64,000 bases of DNA from Alphaproteobacteria bacterium (GCA_964291215.2 OZ219790.1:1984001-2048000); one strand, 5' to 3'; counted from the first letter of the stretch, positions 1-11,612 are shown. Made by a program: numbers and translations. The notes: a model not told the origin generated them from the letters alone.

Positions 1-228
1 CGAAGCACGGAAGCTGGCTCAACATGGCCGAAATCGAGATCGGTGCGCTGTCGCGGCAATGCCTTCGGCGACGCATTCCCGACCGCGACACCATGCTGCG
101 GGAGACGGCAGCATGGTGTCGCGGCGCAATGCGGCCGATGTCACTGTCGACTGGCGTTTCACGACGAAGGATGCCCGAACGAAACTGAAGTCACTATGCC
201 CATCAATCCAATAATGCTAGACTACTAG
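1..228 (+). mobile_element. IS630-family element, 3' end (transposase C-terminal fragment and right end)
   Basis: Reads KHGSWLNMAEIEIGALSRQCL...VDWRFTTKDARTKLKSL with a frameshift; ends in ...GACTACTAG. Confidence 0.8.
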
Positions 229-904
229 ATGCGCGCTACGAAAAAGCCCGCCATGACGGCGTTGTGCGCGATGTCGCGGTACTCTCGGCCATTGGAATAG
301 GGGCTGCAGGCACGTTCCGGGGCTCTCTGTGGCGCTCTCCGAGGCCGAGGTCCATTGGAGAGCCCTCCTGGAAAGCTTGCTAGCCCTGCATGGTACGACC
401 TTCATCGTCTCGGATGCTGGGCTGAAAGCGGCACGACGCGCGGTGCTGGGCGCGGCGACGTGGCAGCGCTGCCAGTTCCACCTGGCGCAAAACGCCGTGC
501 AGCGCGCACCGAACAACGACATCAGGAAACGTATTGGAAAACAGCTCGGAGCCACGCCTCCTCACTCCAAACCGCCGAGGCTGAACTGGGCGCCCTCGTG
601 GCCAGCTATCGCGACAAGCATCCAGGCTTCCTGGCTGGAAAAGAATGCGGGGCTCGCTGTTTTCACCTTGCCCGATGCTCACCGCAAACGTATGCGAACC
701 TCGAACGGTATCGAGCGGCCGATCCAGCAAGAGCTCAAGCGGCGCACCTCCAAAGTCAGGGTCTTTCCGAACCTCGCCTCGTTGGAGCGCCTCTCAACCG
801 CGGTCCTCATCGACGAAAAATGGGAAACCGAAACCAAGATCAAATGGGAACAGCTCGATGATTGAGAGCTTCACGACAATTTCCAGACATCAGGTTGCGT
901 AATC
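229..904 (+). mobile_element. IS256-family remnant, copy 1 (3' half, degenerate)
   Basis: DARYEK, WQRCQFH, RTSNGIER..QELKRR..VRVFPN motifs; terminal TTTCCAGACATCAGGTTGCGTAATC shared with copies at 39169 and 56386. Confidence 0.88.
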
Positions 905-964
905 CCGCGCCGCCGCCGCGATCTCGGGACCGATGCCGTCGCCCGGCAGAATCAGCACCTGCAT
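905..964 (-). pseudogene. 5' stub of an isocitrate/isopropylmalate dehydrogenase-family gene, truncated by IS256
   Basis: MQVLILPGDGIGPEI is the canonical LeuB/IDH N-terminus; GGAGG RBS upstream; ends at the IS256 terminus. Confidence 0.75.
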
Positions 965-1052
965 CTGGAATTCGCCTCCCGTCCGATTTGATTTCGTTGG
1001 CCGCTCGCCTATGATCGCGCGCCGGTTCAGGCAAGAGAGGAGTTCCCTGCCA

Positions 1053-2351
1053 GTGTCAAGCAACCGCAGCCTGCGTCCGGAGACCATCGTGCTCCATGCG
1101 GGCCACCGGGGCGACCCCAATACCGGTTCGGTCGCCGTTCCGATCCACCAGACCACGTCCTACCAGTTCCGGGACACCGAACACGCCGCAAACCTGTTCG
1201 CGCTGAGCGAGCTCGGCAATATCTACACCCGGATCATGAATCCGACCCAGGCCGTGTTCGAGGATCGAATGGCGGCGCTGGAGGGCGGGGTTGCGGCGCT
1301 GGCGCTGGCCTCAGGCCAGGCGGCGACGGCGTTCTCCCTCCAGAACGTCGCCCATGCCGGCGACAATGTGGTGAGCTCGACCGACCTCTACGGCGGCACC
1401 TGGAACCTGTTCGCCAACACGCTGAAGGACCAGGGCATCGAGGTGCGGTTCGTCGATCCGGCCGACCCCGAGAACTTCCGCCGCGCCATCGACGACAGGA
1501 CGCGCGCCTTCTACGCGGAGACGCTGCCGAACCCGAAGCTCGAAGTCTTCCCGATCAGGGAAGTCGCCGATATCGGACGCGAATACGGCATCCCGCTCAT
1601 CATGGACAACACCGCGGCGCCGCTGATCTGCCGGCCCTTCGACCACGGGGCGGCGGTCGTCATGTATTCAACGACGAAATATATCGGCGGGCACGGCACC
1701 TCCATCGGCGGCCTGCTGATCGACGGCGGCAATTTCGACTGGGAGGCATTCCCGGAGCGTCAGCCCTATCTGAACCGGCCCGACCCGAGCTACCACGGCG
1801 CGGTCTGGACCGAGGCGGTCAAGCCGCTCGGGCCCATCGCCTACATCATCAAGGCCCGGACGACGCTCCTGCGCGACCTCGGCGCGGCGACCACGCCGAT
1901 GAACGCCTTCCTGTTCCTGCAGGGGCTTGAGACGTTGCCGCTCAGAATGGAGCGGCATAACGCCAATGCCGCGGCCGTCGCCGACTTCCTGAACGGCCAC
2001 GCCAGGGTCGCGAAGACGATCTATCCGGGCCTGATGGACGGCGAGGCGCGGCGCCGCGCCGACGCCTATCTGGACGGCGGCTACGGCGCGCTGGTGGGCT
2101 TCGAGCTCGCGGGCGGCCGCGAGGCCGGGCGGGCGTTGATCGACGCGCTGGAGCTGCTCTTCCATGTCGCCAATATCGGCGATGCGCGCAGCCTCGCCAT
2201 CCACCCAGCGACGACCACCCATTCGCAGCTCTCGGAAGAGGAGCAGGCGGCCACCGGCGTCACGCCCGGCTATGTCCGCCTCTCCATCGGCCTGGAGCAT
2301 ATCGACGACATCCTCGCCGACCTCGACCAGGCGCTGGCCGCAGCGGGCTGA
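1053..2351 (+). CDS. metY: O-acetylhomoserine aminocarboxypropyltransferase (sulfhydrylase)
   Basis: PIHQTTSY, GNIYTRIMNPT, STTKYIGGHG PLP lysine, HVANIGDARSLAIHPATTTH; GTG start after GAGGAG. Confidence 0.93.
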   Translation: MSSNRSLRPETIVLHAGHRGDPNTGSVAVPIHQTTSYQFRDTEHAANLFALSELGNIYTRIMNPTQAVFEDRMAALEGGVAALALASGQAATAFSLQNVAHAGDNVVSSTDLYGGTWNLFANTLKDQGIEVRFVDPADPENFRRAIDDRTRAFYAETLPNPKLEVFPIREVADIGREYGIPLIMDNTAAPLICRPFDHGAAVVMYSTTKYIGGHGTSIGGLLIDGGNFDWEAFPERQPYLNRPDPSYHGAVWTEAVKPLGPIAYIIKARTTLLRDLGAATTPMNAFLFLQGLETLPLRMERHNANAAAVADFLNGHARVAKTIYPGLMDGEARRRADAYLDGGYGALVGFELAGGREAGRALIDALELLFHVANIGDARSLAIHPATTTHSQLSEEEQAATGVTPGYVRLSIGLEHIDDILADLDQALAAAG

Positions 2352-2377
2352 GGCGGGTCAACCCTTTGCGCCACAAC

Positions 2378-2406
2378 GGGGCCGCGCCTTGCACGGGCGC
2401 GGCCCC
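2378..2406 (+). terminator. GC-rich hairpin after metY (possible terminator)
   Basis: GGGGCCGCGCC...GGCGCGGCCCC stem; no U-tract. Confidence 0.4.
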
Positions 2407-2463
2407 TGTGCAGAGTCGGCGCCGGATTAACGAGTGCGGGCACCGTTCAAAAACTAGATTCTT

Positions 2464-2603
2464 TTAGACCGAAGTTCCAGAAAATTCCGGCTGAAATGCA
2501 CGTCAAGCCATTGATGAAGCATGGTTTGTCGGATTTTTCGTGCGTCAGAGTGTACCCATGTAATATTGTGTTCGATGCTTGACATCCATGGATCTTGCTC
2601 CTA
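2464..2603 (+). mobile_element. IS1634-like left-end remnant
   Basis: TAGACCGAAGTTCCAG...GTGTACCCATGTA...GCTTGACAT parallels 62523-62650, which precedes an IS1634 transposase start. Confidence 0.55.
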
Positions 2604-3822
2604 CCCCACTTCCAGTCTGAAGTGCAACATCCGGCCCTCATCGCAGTGAGGGCGTAGCCCGAACGGAGATGAGGGCCGGATGTTGCACAAATTTTCTCCC
2701 TCTGCCCCTCTCGATTCCGCCTGAGAACAGCTTCAGTTCCTTCAACATCGAGCTTATGCAACGCCTTTGTCGGCTTCAAGCCACTATTTCGCCGTCGCGC
2801 GGCATGGACCCTGCTGCACGTTGCGGCTGCGGAACATGGCGCAGATGGTCAGCGCGGTTTCACTTCAAGATTACCTCCGTCGGCGATCCCAGGACTTTCC
2901 GAGTGTTGAGCCGCACCTTCTGAACATCTTCGTTGCATGTCGCGCGAAAGTCCGTGCCCTTCGGGAAGTACTCCCGCACCAGGCCGTTGGTGTGCTCATT
3001 CAAGCCGCGCTCCCAAGAATGGAAAGGCGAAGAAGAAATCTGCGTCAAATGCTTCAGCGACACGCCTGTGGTCTGCGAACTCCTTGCCGTTGTCTGACGA
3101 GATTGTGTTGTCTGACGTGATTGTGTGGACCAATAGCGCACCAGAGCCGAGCAGGCGGATCATGACCGAACCGACCGTGTCTTTCTGTCCACCCAGCAAG
3201 GTGTATTTCGTGGCACGAGCGACACGACAGCTCCACTGTGAGCTTTGCCGATGATGGCTCCCAGTCGCCGATCCGTTCCTTTGCCTCCGCAGGGCGCTCG
3301 GAAATGTCCACCCGGCCGGAATGGCATCCGCCCTTCCAGTTCGGCTTCTTGCCGCGCCGCCGAAGCTTCTTCCACAAGACGCCCCCGGCTCTCCGATCTT
3401 CGGCGATCATGGATCCGTTCACGGCCTTCCAGTCGAAAACGGCCGCTGCTCGGGGCCCTCCCGCAGCTTTTTCTAAGCTTCAACCCGAGGCGTCAACCGC
3501 CAAGAAACAGACGAGGCTGTACTACGGCGCGTTTCTGCCATCCTTTGCGCCTGCTTGTGACGGTAACCCCGTCCCCCGGTGTTGCGCTTGATCTCCCGGA
3601 AAATTGTTGATCGGCCCAGCTGCCGAGCAATCGCACCTTGTGAAAGACCGCTTTTCTGCCTCAATCTGGCATCGCTCTTCGTAGGTGACGGTAGCCTTTG
3701 GACATGAACAAGCTCCCTTCATCTTGTACAGGAACTCTCGCCGCTACCGCTCCGCAACATCATGCGTCTTAAAACACATGGCCACAGCCCATCATGTGTT
3801 GCACTTCACTATGGAACGGGGG
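2604..3822 (-). mobile_element. IS30-family element, degenerate
   Basis: TYEERCQI HTH, IGDWE, TITSDNGKEFA, SWERGLNEHTNGLVREYFPKG; imperfect IRs CCCC(A/G)..TCCA..TGAAGTGCAACA; no TSD. Confidence 0.9.
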
Positions 3823-4207
3823 TGCGACTGAAGAGATTACCTGCGAACGGGAGCTTGAATTTCACCTGGAGGCGGAACTCGCCGAAAAAGGAAGTCCGAC
3901 ATTACCCTACCTGCGCTTCTACAATTTGATTGACTGCGGTTATTTGGGCGCTACCGTTGATTTGCGTGGACAGGAAGAGACCTGTCCCGATCTGGTCAGC
4001 GAGACGAAACCGGGCTATCCCTTTTGCCAGTCTCTTGCTTTGGAGGCTGTCGAATACGGTGTTGAAGGTTTCCTTACAGCCTCCGCTCGTAATGATGGCG
4101 GTACCTGCGTTCCGGTATTCGCCCGCCCGGCACTGTTCGGGCCGACCATTAGACATGGAGTTGCGTTGTCAATCACCGATGTCGGCATGAAGTTCCAGCG
4201 ACGGTAA
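3823..4207 (+). pseudogene. RES-domain protein, 3' fragment (5' end lost at IS30)
   Basis: E..FH, VDLR, Y..CQSLA, G...SAR..GGTC.PVF pattern typical of RES domains; more AT-rich than neighbours. Confidence 0.6.
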
Positions 4208-4276
4208 AATTCCGGGTATTTTTCTGCTCGGAGTTATAGGGTGATCCCGTCGCTCCCGCTCCGATCACGTCGTAGA

Positions 4277-4672
4277 TCAGGAGACTGCGGTGATGATGAC
4301 CACCGCCTGAGCGATCGGCGGCTCGTCGGTTATCGTGACGTTGATCTGTGCGCTCATCCCTTCGGGCGTCAGTTCCCGCAAATGTCGGGCCGCGCCTCCG
4401 GTCAGCTCCATCGTCGGCTGACCACCGGGAATGTTTACCACCGCGAGATCGCGCCAGTAGACGCCCTGTCGGAAGCCGGTTCCGAGAGCCTTCGCGCAGG
4501 CCTCCTTGGCTGCGTATCGTCTTGCATAGCTGGCCGCGCGAAGCCGGCGCCGGTCGCATCTCTGTCGTTCGACGCCGGTGAAGCACCGATGGGTGAAGCG
4601 CTCGCCGAAGCGTTCCAGTGTCCGCTCTATGCGCCGGATGTCGATAAGGTCGCTGCCGAGCCCGATGATCAT
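4277..4672 (-). CDS. acpS: holo-ACP synthase
   Basis: [31 protein letters not shown]. Confidence 0.95.
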   Translation of the reverse strand: MIIGLGSDLIDIRRIERTLERFGERFTHRCFTGVERQRCDRRRLRAASYARRYAAKEACAKALGTGFRQGVYWRDLAVVNIPGGQPTMELTGGAARHLRELTPEGMSAQINVTITDEPPIAQAVVIITAVS

Positions 4673-5502
4673 GCGTCGTCGCCATGATCGCCGGATGCGG
4701 TCGCCGGCCCGCCGCTGCGCGCGTTGTCCATGAGGCGCCGCATGTGTCCGACGGCATCCTCGATCCCCATGAAAATCGCCTCGCCGATCAGGAAGTGTCC
4801 GATGTTGAGCTCGACAATCGTCGGGATGGCGGCGATGGCCGATACCGTCTCGAAACCCAGCCCGTGGCCGGCGTGGCACTCGATACCGGCAGATTCGGCA
4901 TGCGCCGCAGCCTCCGCGATGCGGTCGAGTTCGCGCTCGCGCGCTTCGCCATTCGCCTCGCAGTAGGCGCCGACGTGAAGTTCGACGACCGGGCAGCCCA
5001 GCGCGACGGCAGAGTCTATCTGTTCGGTCACCGGTTCGATGAACAGCGACACGCGGATGCCGGCGCCCGCCAGGCCGTTGACGATCGGCGCCAGCTGATT
5101 GTGTTTGCCGGCGGCGTCGAGGCCGCCTTCGGTGGTGCGTTCCTCCCGTTTCTCGGGAACGATGCAGGCGGCGTGGGGGAGGTGCTGCAGCGCGATTCCG
5201 AGCATCTCGTCGGTCGCCGCCATCTCAAGGTTGAGGGGCAGGTCGCTGCCGTGGGCCAGGCGAAGGATATCGTCATCCGTGATATGTCGGCGATCCTCGC
5301 GGAGATGAGCGGTAATGCCGTCGGCTCCGGCCCGGGCCGCGGCCGCGGCCGCGCGCAACGGATCGGGATGGACGCCGCCGCGGGCATTCCGAACGGTGGC
5401 GACATGGTCGATATTGACGCCGAGTCTCAGCGGACGCACGGTAATCGTTCGCCCTGTTCCGACCGTGGCGCCGCCGGCTGAAGAGCGTGTGGCAGCAGCC
5501 AT
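4669..5502 (-). CDS. pdxJ: pyridoxine 5'-phosphate synthase (true start may be slightly downstream)
   Basis: [38 protein letters not shown]. Confidence 0.95.
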   Translation of the reverse strand: MAAATRSSAGGATVGTGRTITVRPLRLGVNIDHVATVRNARGGVHPDPLRAAAAAARAGADGITAHLREDRRHITDDDILRLAHGSDLPLNLEMAATDEMLGIALQHLPHAACIVPEKREERTTEGGLDAAGKHNQLAPIVNGLAGAGIRVSLFIEPVTEQIDSAVALGCPVVELHVGAYCEANGEARERELDRIAEAAAHAESAGIECHAGHGLGFETVSAIAAIPTIVELNIGHFLIGEAIFMGIEDAVGHMRRLMDNARSGGPATASGDHGDDA

Positions 5503-5503
5503 G

Positions 5504-7639
5504 TCAATTCTGGGCCAGCTCTACGGATGACACGTCGGACGCCGTGCGCAGAGCGGCGACGATGTCGCTGACGCGGCGCGCGTCCTCGACCTCGAAATCG
5601 ATGGTCATCTGGTAAAAATCCCGGGACCGGCCGGTGATCTTGAGATTGGTGATGTTGCCGTCCTGGCGCGCGATCAGCGTGGTGAGTTCGCCGAGGGCGC
5701 CGCGGCGGTTGGCCACTACCAGATCGAGTCGTCCGGCGCGATGGTCGGACGGCGCCGGCCCGAGGTCCCATGCAACATCGATCCATCGCTCCGGCATTTC
5801 GGTAAAGTTCGCGAGCGCCGAGCAGTCGCGGGTATGGATCGAGATTCCCCGTCCTGGTATTACGATCCCCATGATCTGCTCCCCGGGCATGGGATCGCAG
5901 CAGTTTGCGTAATGGACGGCCATGCCCGGCGTGAGTCCGCGGATCGGGATGGCCGCCGCGCCGTTCCGCCCGTCGCCGGCTCCTGTCCCGCGGCGCGGTT
6001 TGCGGTCGGCGAGGAGCTGCGGCGGGATCATTGCCTTGATGACATCCGCCACGGCGATGTCGCCCCGGCCCACGGCCTCGACCAGCATATCGGTGCTGTC
6101 GAGATCGAAGCGTGCCAGAACCTCCTTCGTTATCTGGCCCGGCGGCGCGCCCGTCGAGGTGTGGAACTCCCGGTCGAGCATGGCGCGTCCGAGCCGCGCG
6201 AACTCGTTGCGCTGGGTGTTCCTCACATGGCGGCGGATGCGCGCGCGCGCCTTGCCTGTCACCACCCACTGCTCCCAGGTCGGCGATGGCGCGCCTCCCT
6301 TGATGGTCAGTATCTCGACCTGATCGCCGTTGGCCAGTTCGGTGCGCAACGGCAGCATCCTGCCGTTGATCCTGGCGCCGATGCAGCAGTCGCCGATCTC
6401 GGAATGCACCGCATAGGCAAAATCCACGGGCGTGGCGCCCTGCGGAAGCGAGATGATGTCGCCCGTCGGGGTGAAGCAGAATACCTGGTCAGGATAGAGC
6501 TCGAGGCGCGTGTTTTCGAGGAACTCGTCGGGACTGCCTGCGCTGTCGAGGATGTCGAGAAGCTTGTGCACCCAGTGATAATGCTTGCCTTCGATCAGCG
6601 CGGCGCCGAACTTGTACTGCCAGTGGGCGGCAACGCCGAACTCGGCTATCCGGTTCATCTGAGTGGTGCGGATCTGGATCTCGATGCGGTGCAGCTCCGG
6701 ACCGATGACCGCGGTGTGCAGCGACTGGTAGCCGTTCTTCTTCGGGGTCGAGATGTAGTCGTCGAATTCGCCGGGGATCACACGGTACTCGGAGTGTATC
6801 CTCCCGAGCACCCGGTAGCAGTCCTCGACCGACGCGACCACGACGCGAAACGCGATGATGTCGGTCAGGCGCTCGAAGCGCACATTCTTGCGCTGCATCT
6901 TGCGCCAGATCGACACCGGTCTCTTGATGCGCCCCGACACCCCGGCGTCGATTTCGGAATCGGTGAGGATCCGGTCGATTTCCTCCGCGATCCTGTCCAC
7001 GATGTCTCCGGCCTGCTGCTGCAGGAAATCGAGGCGGCTGACAATAGATTCGCTGGCGTCGGGATGGATCTCGCGAAACGCGAGATCCTCAAGCTCTTCC
7101 TTGATCTCCTGTATGCCCATGCCGGCGGCCAGCGGCACGTAGATGTCCATGGTCTCCCGCGCTATGCGGCTCCGCTTTTCCGGCGAGCCGACATGCTCCA
7201 GCGTGCGCATGTTGTGGAGCCGGTCGGCAAGCTTGACGAGCAGCACGCGGATGTCCTTGGAGATCGCCAGCAGGAGCTTCTGGAAATTCTCCGCCTGCCC
7301 GCTGGCATTGGGCCTGAGCTCAAGTTCCGAGAGCTTCGTGACCCCGTCGACGAGTTGGGCGACCTCGGCGCCGAACAGGCCGCTGATCTGCGCGACGGTC
7401 GCAGCCGTGTCCTCGACCGTGTCATGCAGCAGCGCCGTGACGATGGATTCGGTATCGAGCCGGTATTCCGTGAGAATTCGCGCGACTTCGAGCGGATGCA
7501 GGAAATACGGCTCGCCCGAGGCACGTTTCTGCGCGCCGTGGACCTCCATCGAGAAGTCGTAGGCCCGCGCCAGCATTTCTTCGTCCGCGTACGGATCGTA
7601 GCCGCGGACGCGCTTGATCAGTTCCTGCTGTTCCATCAT
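5504..7639 (-). CDS. spoT: bifunctional (p)ppGpp synthetase/hydrolase (RelA/SpoT homolog)
   Basis: HD domain LHDTVED, KLADRLHNMRT, NGYQSLHT, TGS DFAYAVH, C-terminal ACT. Confidence 0.96.
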   Translation of the reverse strand: MMEQQELIKRVRGYDPYADEEMLARAYDFSMEVHGAQKRASGEPYFLHPLEVARILTEYRLDTESIVTALLHDTVEDTAATVAQISGLFGAEVAQLVDGVTKLSELELRPNASGQAENFQKLLLAISKDIRVLLVKLADRLHNMRTLEHVGSPEKRSRIARETMDIYVPLAAGMGIQEIKEELEDLAFREIHPDASESIVSRLDFLQQQAGDIVDRIAEEIDRILTDSEIDAGVSGRIKRPVSIWRKMQRKNVRFERLTDIIAFRVVVASVEDCYRVLGRIHSEYRVIPGEFDDYISTPKKNGYQSLHTAVIGPELHRIEIQIRTTQMNRIAEFGVAAHWQYKFGAALIEGKHYHWVHKLLDILDSAGSPDEFLENTRLELYPDQVFCFTPTGDIISLPQGATPVDFAYAVHSEIGDCCIGARINGRMLPLRTELANGDQVEILTIKGGAPSPTWEQWVVTGKARARIRRHVRNTQRNEFARLGRAMLDREFHTSTGAPPGQITKEVLARFDLDSTDMLVEAVGRGDIAVADVIKAMIPPQLLADRKPRRGTGAGDGRNGAAAIPIRGLTPGMAVHYANCCDPMPGEQIMGIVIPGRGISIHTRDCSALANFTEMPERWIDVAWDLGPAPSDHRAGRLDLVVANRRGALGELTTLIARQDGNITNLKITGRSRDFYQMTIDFEVEDARRVSDIVAALRTASDVSSVELAQN

Positions 7640-7726
7640 GGCGGCAACCTGCAGTCCGGCGGCCGATCCGGTCGCTGCCCAGGGAAAGGGGAGTATCGGA
7701 ACTCCGGGCCGGGATTTCGGCGTCCG

Positions 7727-8191
7727 CTAATCTTCCCCTTCGAGAGCCTCCTCCGGGACATCCTCGAAACCGCCGACCGGGTCCGACCAAGACTCCTCGG
7801 GTTCAGGCTCGGGCCCATCCCCGTCTTCTTCATCCTCATCGTCGGGGAGCGCCTCGTCGTGGAACGAGACGATGGCCTCGTCCTCTTCGGGCAGGAGAAC
7901 CGGCATGCCCAGCGGCGTGGCCGCCTTGTCGAATTCGCTCTCTTCCTCGACCGGTTCGTCGGGATCCGAATAGTCCTGCAGCGTCGCAATCATCGAATCC
8001 TCCAAGTCGCCCAGTTCGATCGTCTCCTCCGCGATCTCGCGCAGGGCGACCACGGGGTTCTTGTCATTGTCGCGCTCGACGGTCAGATCGGAATTGACCG
8101 AAATCATGCGGGCCCGGTGCGCGGCCATCATCACCAGCCGGAAGCGGTTGGGTACCATCAGAATGCAGTCTTCGACTGTAACGCGAGCCAT
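7727..8191 (-). CDS. rpoZ: RNA polymerase omega subunit with acidic tail
   Basis: MARVTVEDC...NRFRLV...[14 protein letters not shown]. Confidence 0.95.
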   Translation of the reverse strand: MARVTVEDCILMVPNRFRLVMMAAHRARMISVNSDLTVERDNDKNPVVALREIAEETIELGDLEDSMIATLQDYSDPDEPVEEESEFDKAATPLGMPVLLPEEDEAIVSFHDEALPDDEDEEDGDGPEPEPEESWSDPVGGFEDVPEEALEGED

Positions 8192-8296
8192 TGGCGGGTT
8201 TCTCCAGTTTCGGCCAAGCCGGTAGGCCGCTAATATAGGCGGATACGGTCGATCAAGGCAAGCTGTGATCCCGGGCGGTCACCGCGCCCGGCTGCG

Positions 8297-8788
8297 TCAG
8301 CAGGGTCGGCAGACCTGGTCTCCGGGCAGCTGGCGGACGAGGTCGTCGATGCCGCGCCCGTCCGCCGGGTGGCGCCAGCCCGGCGCGACCTCGCGCAGCG
8401 GCAGCAGCACGAAGGCCCGCTCCCTCATGCGCGGATGTGGTATCAGCGGCGGGCCCTCAAGACCGCGCACGAGGTCGTGATAGGCGAGAAGATCGAGATC
8501 GAGGGTCCGGGCCGCGTTGGCGACGGACCGGGTCCGGCCGAACATTGCTTCGACATCGTGCAGGACCGCGAGCAGGTCCTGCGGGTCGCGCGACGTGGCC
8601 ACCGCAGCGACGCCATTGACGAAGTCCGGCTGCTCGGAGGCCGGGACGGGCGCGCTCGTGTACCATCGCGAGCAGCGTTCGACCGCGATGTCCCGCTGTT
8701 GGAGTTCCGCAAGCGCCGCCATGCACAGCTGCAGCGGCATCCCGGCCTCGAGGTGCGAAAGGTTGGAACCTATACCGATCAGGATCAC
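8297..8788 (-). CDS. folK: 2-amino-4-hydroxy-6-hydroxymethyldihydropteridine diphosphokinase
   Basis: IGIGSNL, QPDFVNGV, ARTLDLDLL, PHPRMRERAFVL. Confidence 0.94.
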   Translation of the reverse strand: MILIGIGSNLSHLEAGMPLQLCMAALAELQQRDIAVERCSRWYTSAPVPASEQPDFVNGVAAVATSRDPQDLLAVLHDVEAMFGRTRSVANAARTLDLDLLAYHDLVRGLEGPPLIPHPRMRERAFVLLPLREVAPGWRHPADGRGIDDLVRQLPGDQVCRPC

Positions 8789-8918
8789 GGATTCGCCTCG
8801 AATCTCGTTCGGGCACTTGCCTCACGGGGAGAAGGCCGTATATTGAGTTCAAACTCCGTTCCAGGCTGTTGTCAACTCAGCGCCTGCGGAAGATTGCAAC
8901 CGGAAGACCCAGAGGGAT

Positions 8919-9563
8919 ATGATGCACTTCAATCCTGAAGAACGGGTGGCGCTGTTCATTGACGGCCCAAATCTATATTCGGCAGCTCGAGCCCTTGGTT
9001 TTGATATTGACTACAAGAATTTGCTTGAGCTTTTTAGAAACGAAGGCCGTCTTGTCCGTGCCTTTTACTACACGGCACTCGCAGAAGATCAGGAATACTC
9101 CCCGATACGCCCGCTGGTAGATTGGCTTGACTATAACGGTTATACGATGGTCACCAAGCCGATCAAGGAGCATATCGATGAAATGGGGCGCCGCAAGGTC
9201 AAGGGCAACATGGACATTGAACTGGCGATCGACATGCTGGAGATGGCGCAGCACATCGACCACGCGGTGCTGTTCTCCGGCGACGGCGACTTCCGCCGTC
9301 TCGTCGAGGCGGTGCAACGCCGCGGCGTGAGGGTCACCGTCATCAGCACCTTCCGGTCCCATCCGCCGATCGCTGCCGACGAGTTGCGCCGGCAGGCCGA
9401 CATCTTCGTCGAACTGCAGGAGATCGGTCCCCGGATCGCCCGCGAGGGGCGCCGCCCGACGGACGACAACGCCCACTACGCAGAACGGCGGCATGTTCGG
9501 ATGCCGACGCCCGGCGACCCCGACCCTGATCTGGATGCCGCGGACCTTCTTGAAGACGCCTGA
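8919..9563 (+). CDS. NYN-domain (LabA/DUF88) protein
   Basis: LFIDGPNL, KGNMDIELAID, FSGDGDF, ELRRQAD; usual alphaproteobacterial position next to folK. Confidence 0.9.
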   Translation: MMHFNPEERVALFIDGPNLYSAARALGFDIDYKNLLELFRNEGRLVRAFYYTALAEDQEYSPIRPLVDWLDYNGYTMVTKPIKEHIDEMGRRKVKGNMDIELAIDMLEMAQHIDHAVLFSGDGDFRRLVEAVQRRGVRVTVISTFRSHPPIAADELRRQADIFVELQEIGPRIAREGRRPTDDNAHYAERRHVRMPTPGDPDPDLDAADLLEDA

Positions 9564-9565
9564 CA

Positions 9566-10231
9566 TTGCCGCAGGATCTCGAAGGGCGGCCGGTCGCGCC
9601 GCCGCTCGACTGCGCGCTCTGTCCGCGCCTTGCCGGCTTCCGCGCCGAGAATTCCGCCGCGTTTCCTGACTGGCACAACGCGCCCGTCCCGTCGTTCGGC
9701 GAGCTCTCTGCCGCGCTCCTGATCGTCGGTCTCGCTCCCGGCCTTCGGGGCGCCAACCGGACCGGGCGCCCGTTCACCGGCGACCATGCCGGCGACCTCC
9801 TCTTTTCGACGCTCGCGAAGTTCGGTTTCCTCGACGGGCGCTATGATCGAAGACCAGACGACGGCGTGGCAGCCGTCAATTGCCGGATCGCGAATGCGGT
9901 GCGCTGCGTGCCGCCGAAGAACCGGCCGACCGGTGCCGAGGCACGCACCTGCCGGCCGTTTCTCGCGGGCGAGATCGAGGCCATGACGCGGTTAAGCGTG
10001 ATCCTCGCACTCGGGCGGACAGCGCACGACGCCACCCTGTCGGCGCTCGGCGAACGAAGAGCGGATTATCGCTTCGTCCACGGAGCCATGCACGGGCTCG
10101 GTGCCGGCCTCGTTCTGGCCGACAGCTATCATTGCTCGCGCTACAACACCAACACCGGCGTGCTCACGGTCGAGATGTTCGAGTCGGTGTTTCGCGCGAT
10201 CGTCCGCCATCTCGGCGGCGCGGAAGGATAG
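9566..10231 (+). CDS. uracil-DNA glycosylase (family 5-like, Fe-S)
   Basis: CALCPRL, GLAPGLRGANRTGRPFTGD, RCVPPKN, SYHCSRYNTNTG. Confidence 0.9.
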   Translation: MPQDLEGRPVAPPLDCALCPRLAGFRAENSAAFPDWHNAPVPSFGELSAALLIVGLAPGLRGANRTGRPFTGDHAGDLLFSTLAKFGFLDGRYDRRPDDGVAAVNCRIANAVRCVPPKNRPTGAEARTCRPFLAGEIEAMTRLSVILALGRTAHDATLSALGERRADYRFVHGAMHGLGAGLVLADSYHCSRYNTNTGVLTVEMFESVFRAIVRHLGGAEG

Positions 10232-10255
10232 GCAGCCGCCCGAACGGGCCGGCGC

Positions 10256-10732
10256 CTACCCCTTGTTCCGGAGCATGCGCGCTTTCTGGCGTTCCCAGTC
10301 CCGTTTCTTCTCGCTCTCGCGCTTGTCGTAGCGGTGCTTGCCGCGGCACACGCCGAGTTCGAGCTTTGCGATGCCGCGGTCATTGAAATAGAGGTTGAGC
10401 GGCACCAGCGTCATTCCTTGGCGGTCGGCGGCGCTGGCCAGTTTCGAGATCTCGCGCTTCTTCAGGAGGAGCTTGCGGCGGCGTTCGGGCTCATGGTTCA
10501 TGCGGCCTGCCTGGCGGTAGGCCGGGATGTGGGCGTTCACGAGCCAGATCTCGCCTTGCTCCGGCCTCGCATAAGCATCGGCAATATTGGCCCGGCCCTC
10601 GCGCAGGGCCTTGACCTCGCTTCCGGCGAGAACCAGCCCGGCCTCGATCAACTCCTCGACATGGTAGGCATGGCGCGCCTTGCGGTTGCGGGCGACGAAG
10701 TGCCGGGTCTCAGCGTCGGCTCGGGCCATCAA
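10256..10732 (-). CDS. smpB: SsrA-binding protein
   Basis: NRKARH, EAGLVL.GSEVK, RKLLL..REI, DKRE..K.RDW. Confidence 0.96.
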   Translation of the reverse strand: MMARADAETRHFVARNRKARHAYHVEELIEAGLVLAGSEVKALREGRANIADAYARPEQGEIWLVNAHIPAYRQAGRMNHEPERRRKLLLKKREISKLASAADRQGMTLVPLNLYFNDRGIAKLELGVCRGKHRYDKRESEKKRDWERQKARMLRNKG

Positions 10733-10739
10733 CGGGCCG

Positions 10740-11612
10740 TCAGTTCAGGAGCCCCGCGTGCCGCATCGCCTTCTCGACCCTGGCCCGGGACTCGGTGCTG
10801 ATAGACACTAGGGGCAACCGAAGCTCGTCGGCACACTTTCCGAGCAGGCTGGCGGCGTACTTGGCTGGCGCCGGGTTGGATTCGCAGAACAGCTCGACGT
10901 GAAGCGGCGTCAGGCGCTCGTTGATCTGCTGCGCCTGCCTGACATCGCCGGCCTGCCACGCGCAGTGCATTTCCGACATCAGCTTGGGCGCGACGTTCGC
11001 GGTGACCGAAATACACCCGTCGCCGCCCTGGGCGAGGAAGCCGATCTGCGTGACATCTTCCCCCGACAACTGGCAGAAATCCTCGCCGCAGGCCGTGCGC
11101 TGCTCAGTCGCGCGCCCGACCGCCGCCGTGGCGTCCTTCACGGCTATGACGTTTTCGAGCCGTGCGCAGCGGGCCATCGTTTCCACCGACATGTCGACCA
11201 CGGAACGGCCGGGGATGTTGTAGATGATCAGCGGCAGGCCGACCTGATTCAGGGCCTCGAAATGACGGTACAGCCCTTCCTGCGTCGGTTTGTTGTAGTA
11301 GGGGGTCACGATCAGCGCCGCGTCGGCGCCGGCATCCTTGGCGTGGCGCGTGAGGTCGAGCGCTTCGGCTGTGGAATTCGACCCGGCACCGGCGATCACC
11401 GGCACCCGCCGGTCGGCGACCTCGATGCAGAGTTCGACGACACGCTTGTGCTCCGCGTGGTCGAGAGTCGGCGACTCGCCGGTGGTGCCGACGGGCACGA
11501 GCCCGTGGGTCCCCTCGCTGATCTGCCAGTCGACGAAGGCGCTGTATGCGGCTTCGTCGATGTCGCCGCCGCGAAACGGGGTAATGAGCGCGCAGATGGA
11601 ACCGCTGAACAT
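10740..11612 (-). CDS. dapA: 4-hydroxy-tetrahydrodipicolinate synthase
   Basis: [35 protein letters not shown]. Confidence 0.96.
   Translation of the reverse strand: MFSGSICALITPFRGGDIDEAAYSAFVDWQISEGTHGLVPVGTTGESPTLDHAEHKRVVELCIEVADRRVPVIAGAGSNSTAEALDLTRHAKDAGADAALIVTPYYNKPTQEGLYRHFEALNQVGLPLIIYNIPGRSVVDMSVETMARCARLENVIAVKDATAAVGRATEQRTACGEDFCQLSGEDVTQIGFLAQGGDGCISVTANVAPKLMSEMHCAWQAGDVRQAQQINERLTPLHVELFCESNPAPAKYAASLLGKCADELRLPLVSISTESRARVEKAMRHAGLLN

Noticed and set aside
3794-4207. Complete RES-Xre toxin-antitoxin module
   Set aside because: The ORF start lies in the IS30 end, the 5' part is missing and no antitoxin is present.
7727-7960. Long acidic RpoZ tail as a novelty
   Set aside because: Acidic C-terminal extensions are common in alphaproteobacterial omega subunits.
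5741-8233. 830-aa plus-strand ORF (and similar long ORFs at 13555, 27031, 33562)
   Set aside because: Antisense shadows of well-supported genes in high-GC DNA.
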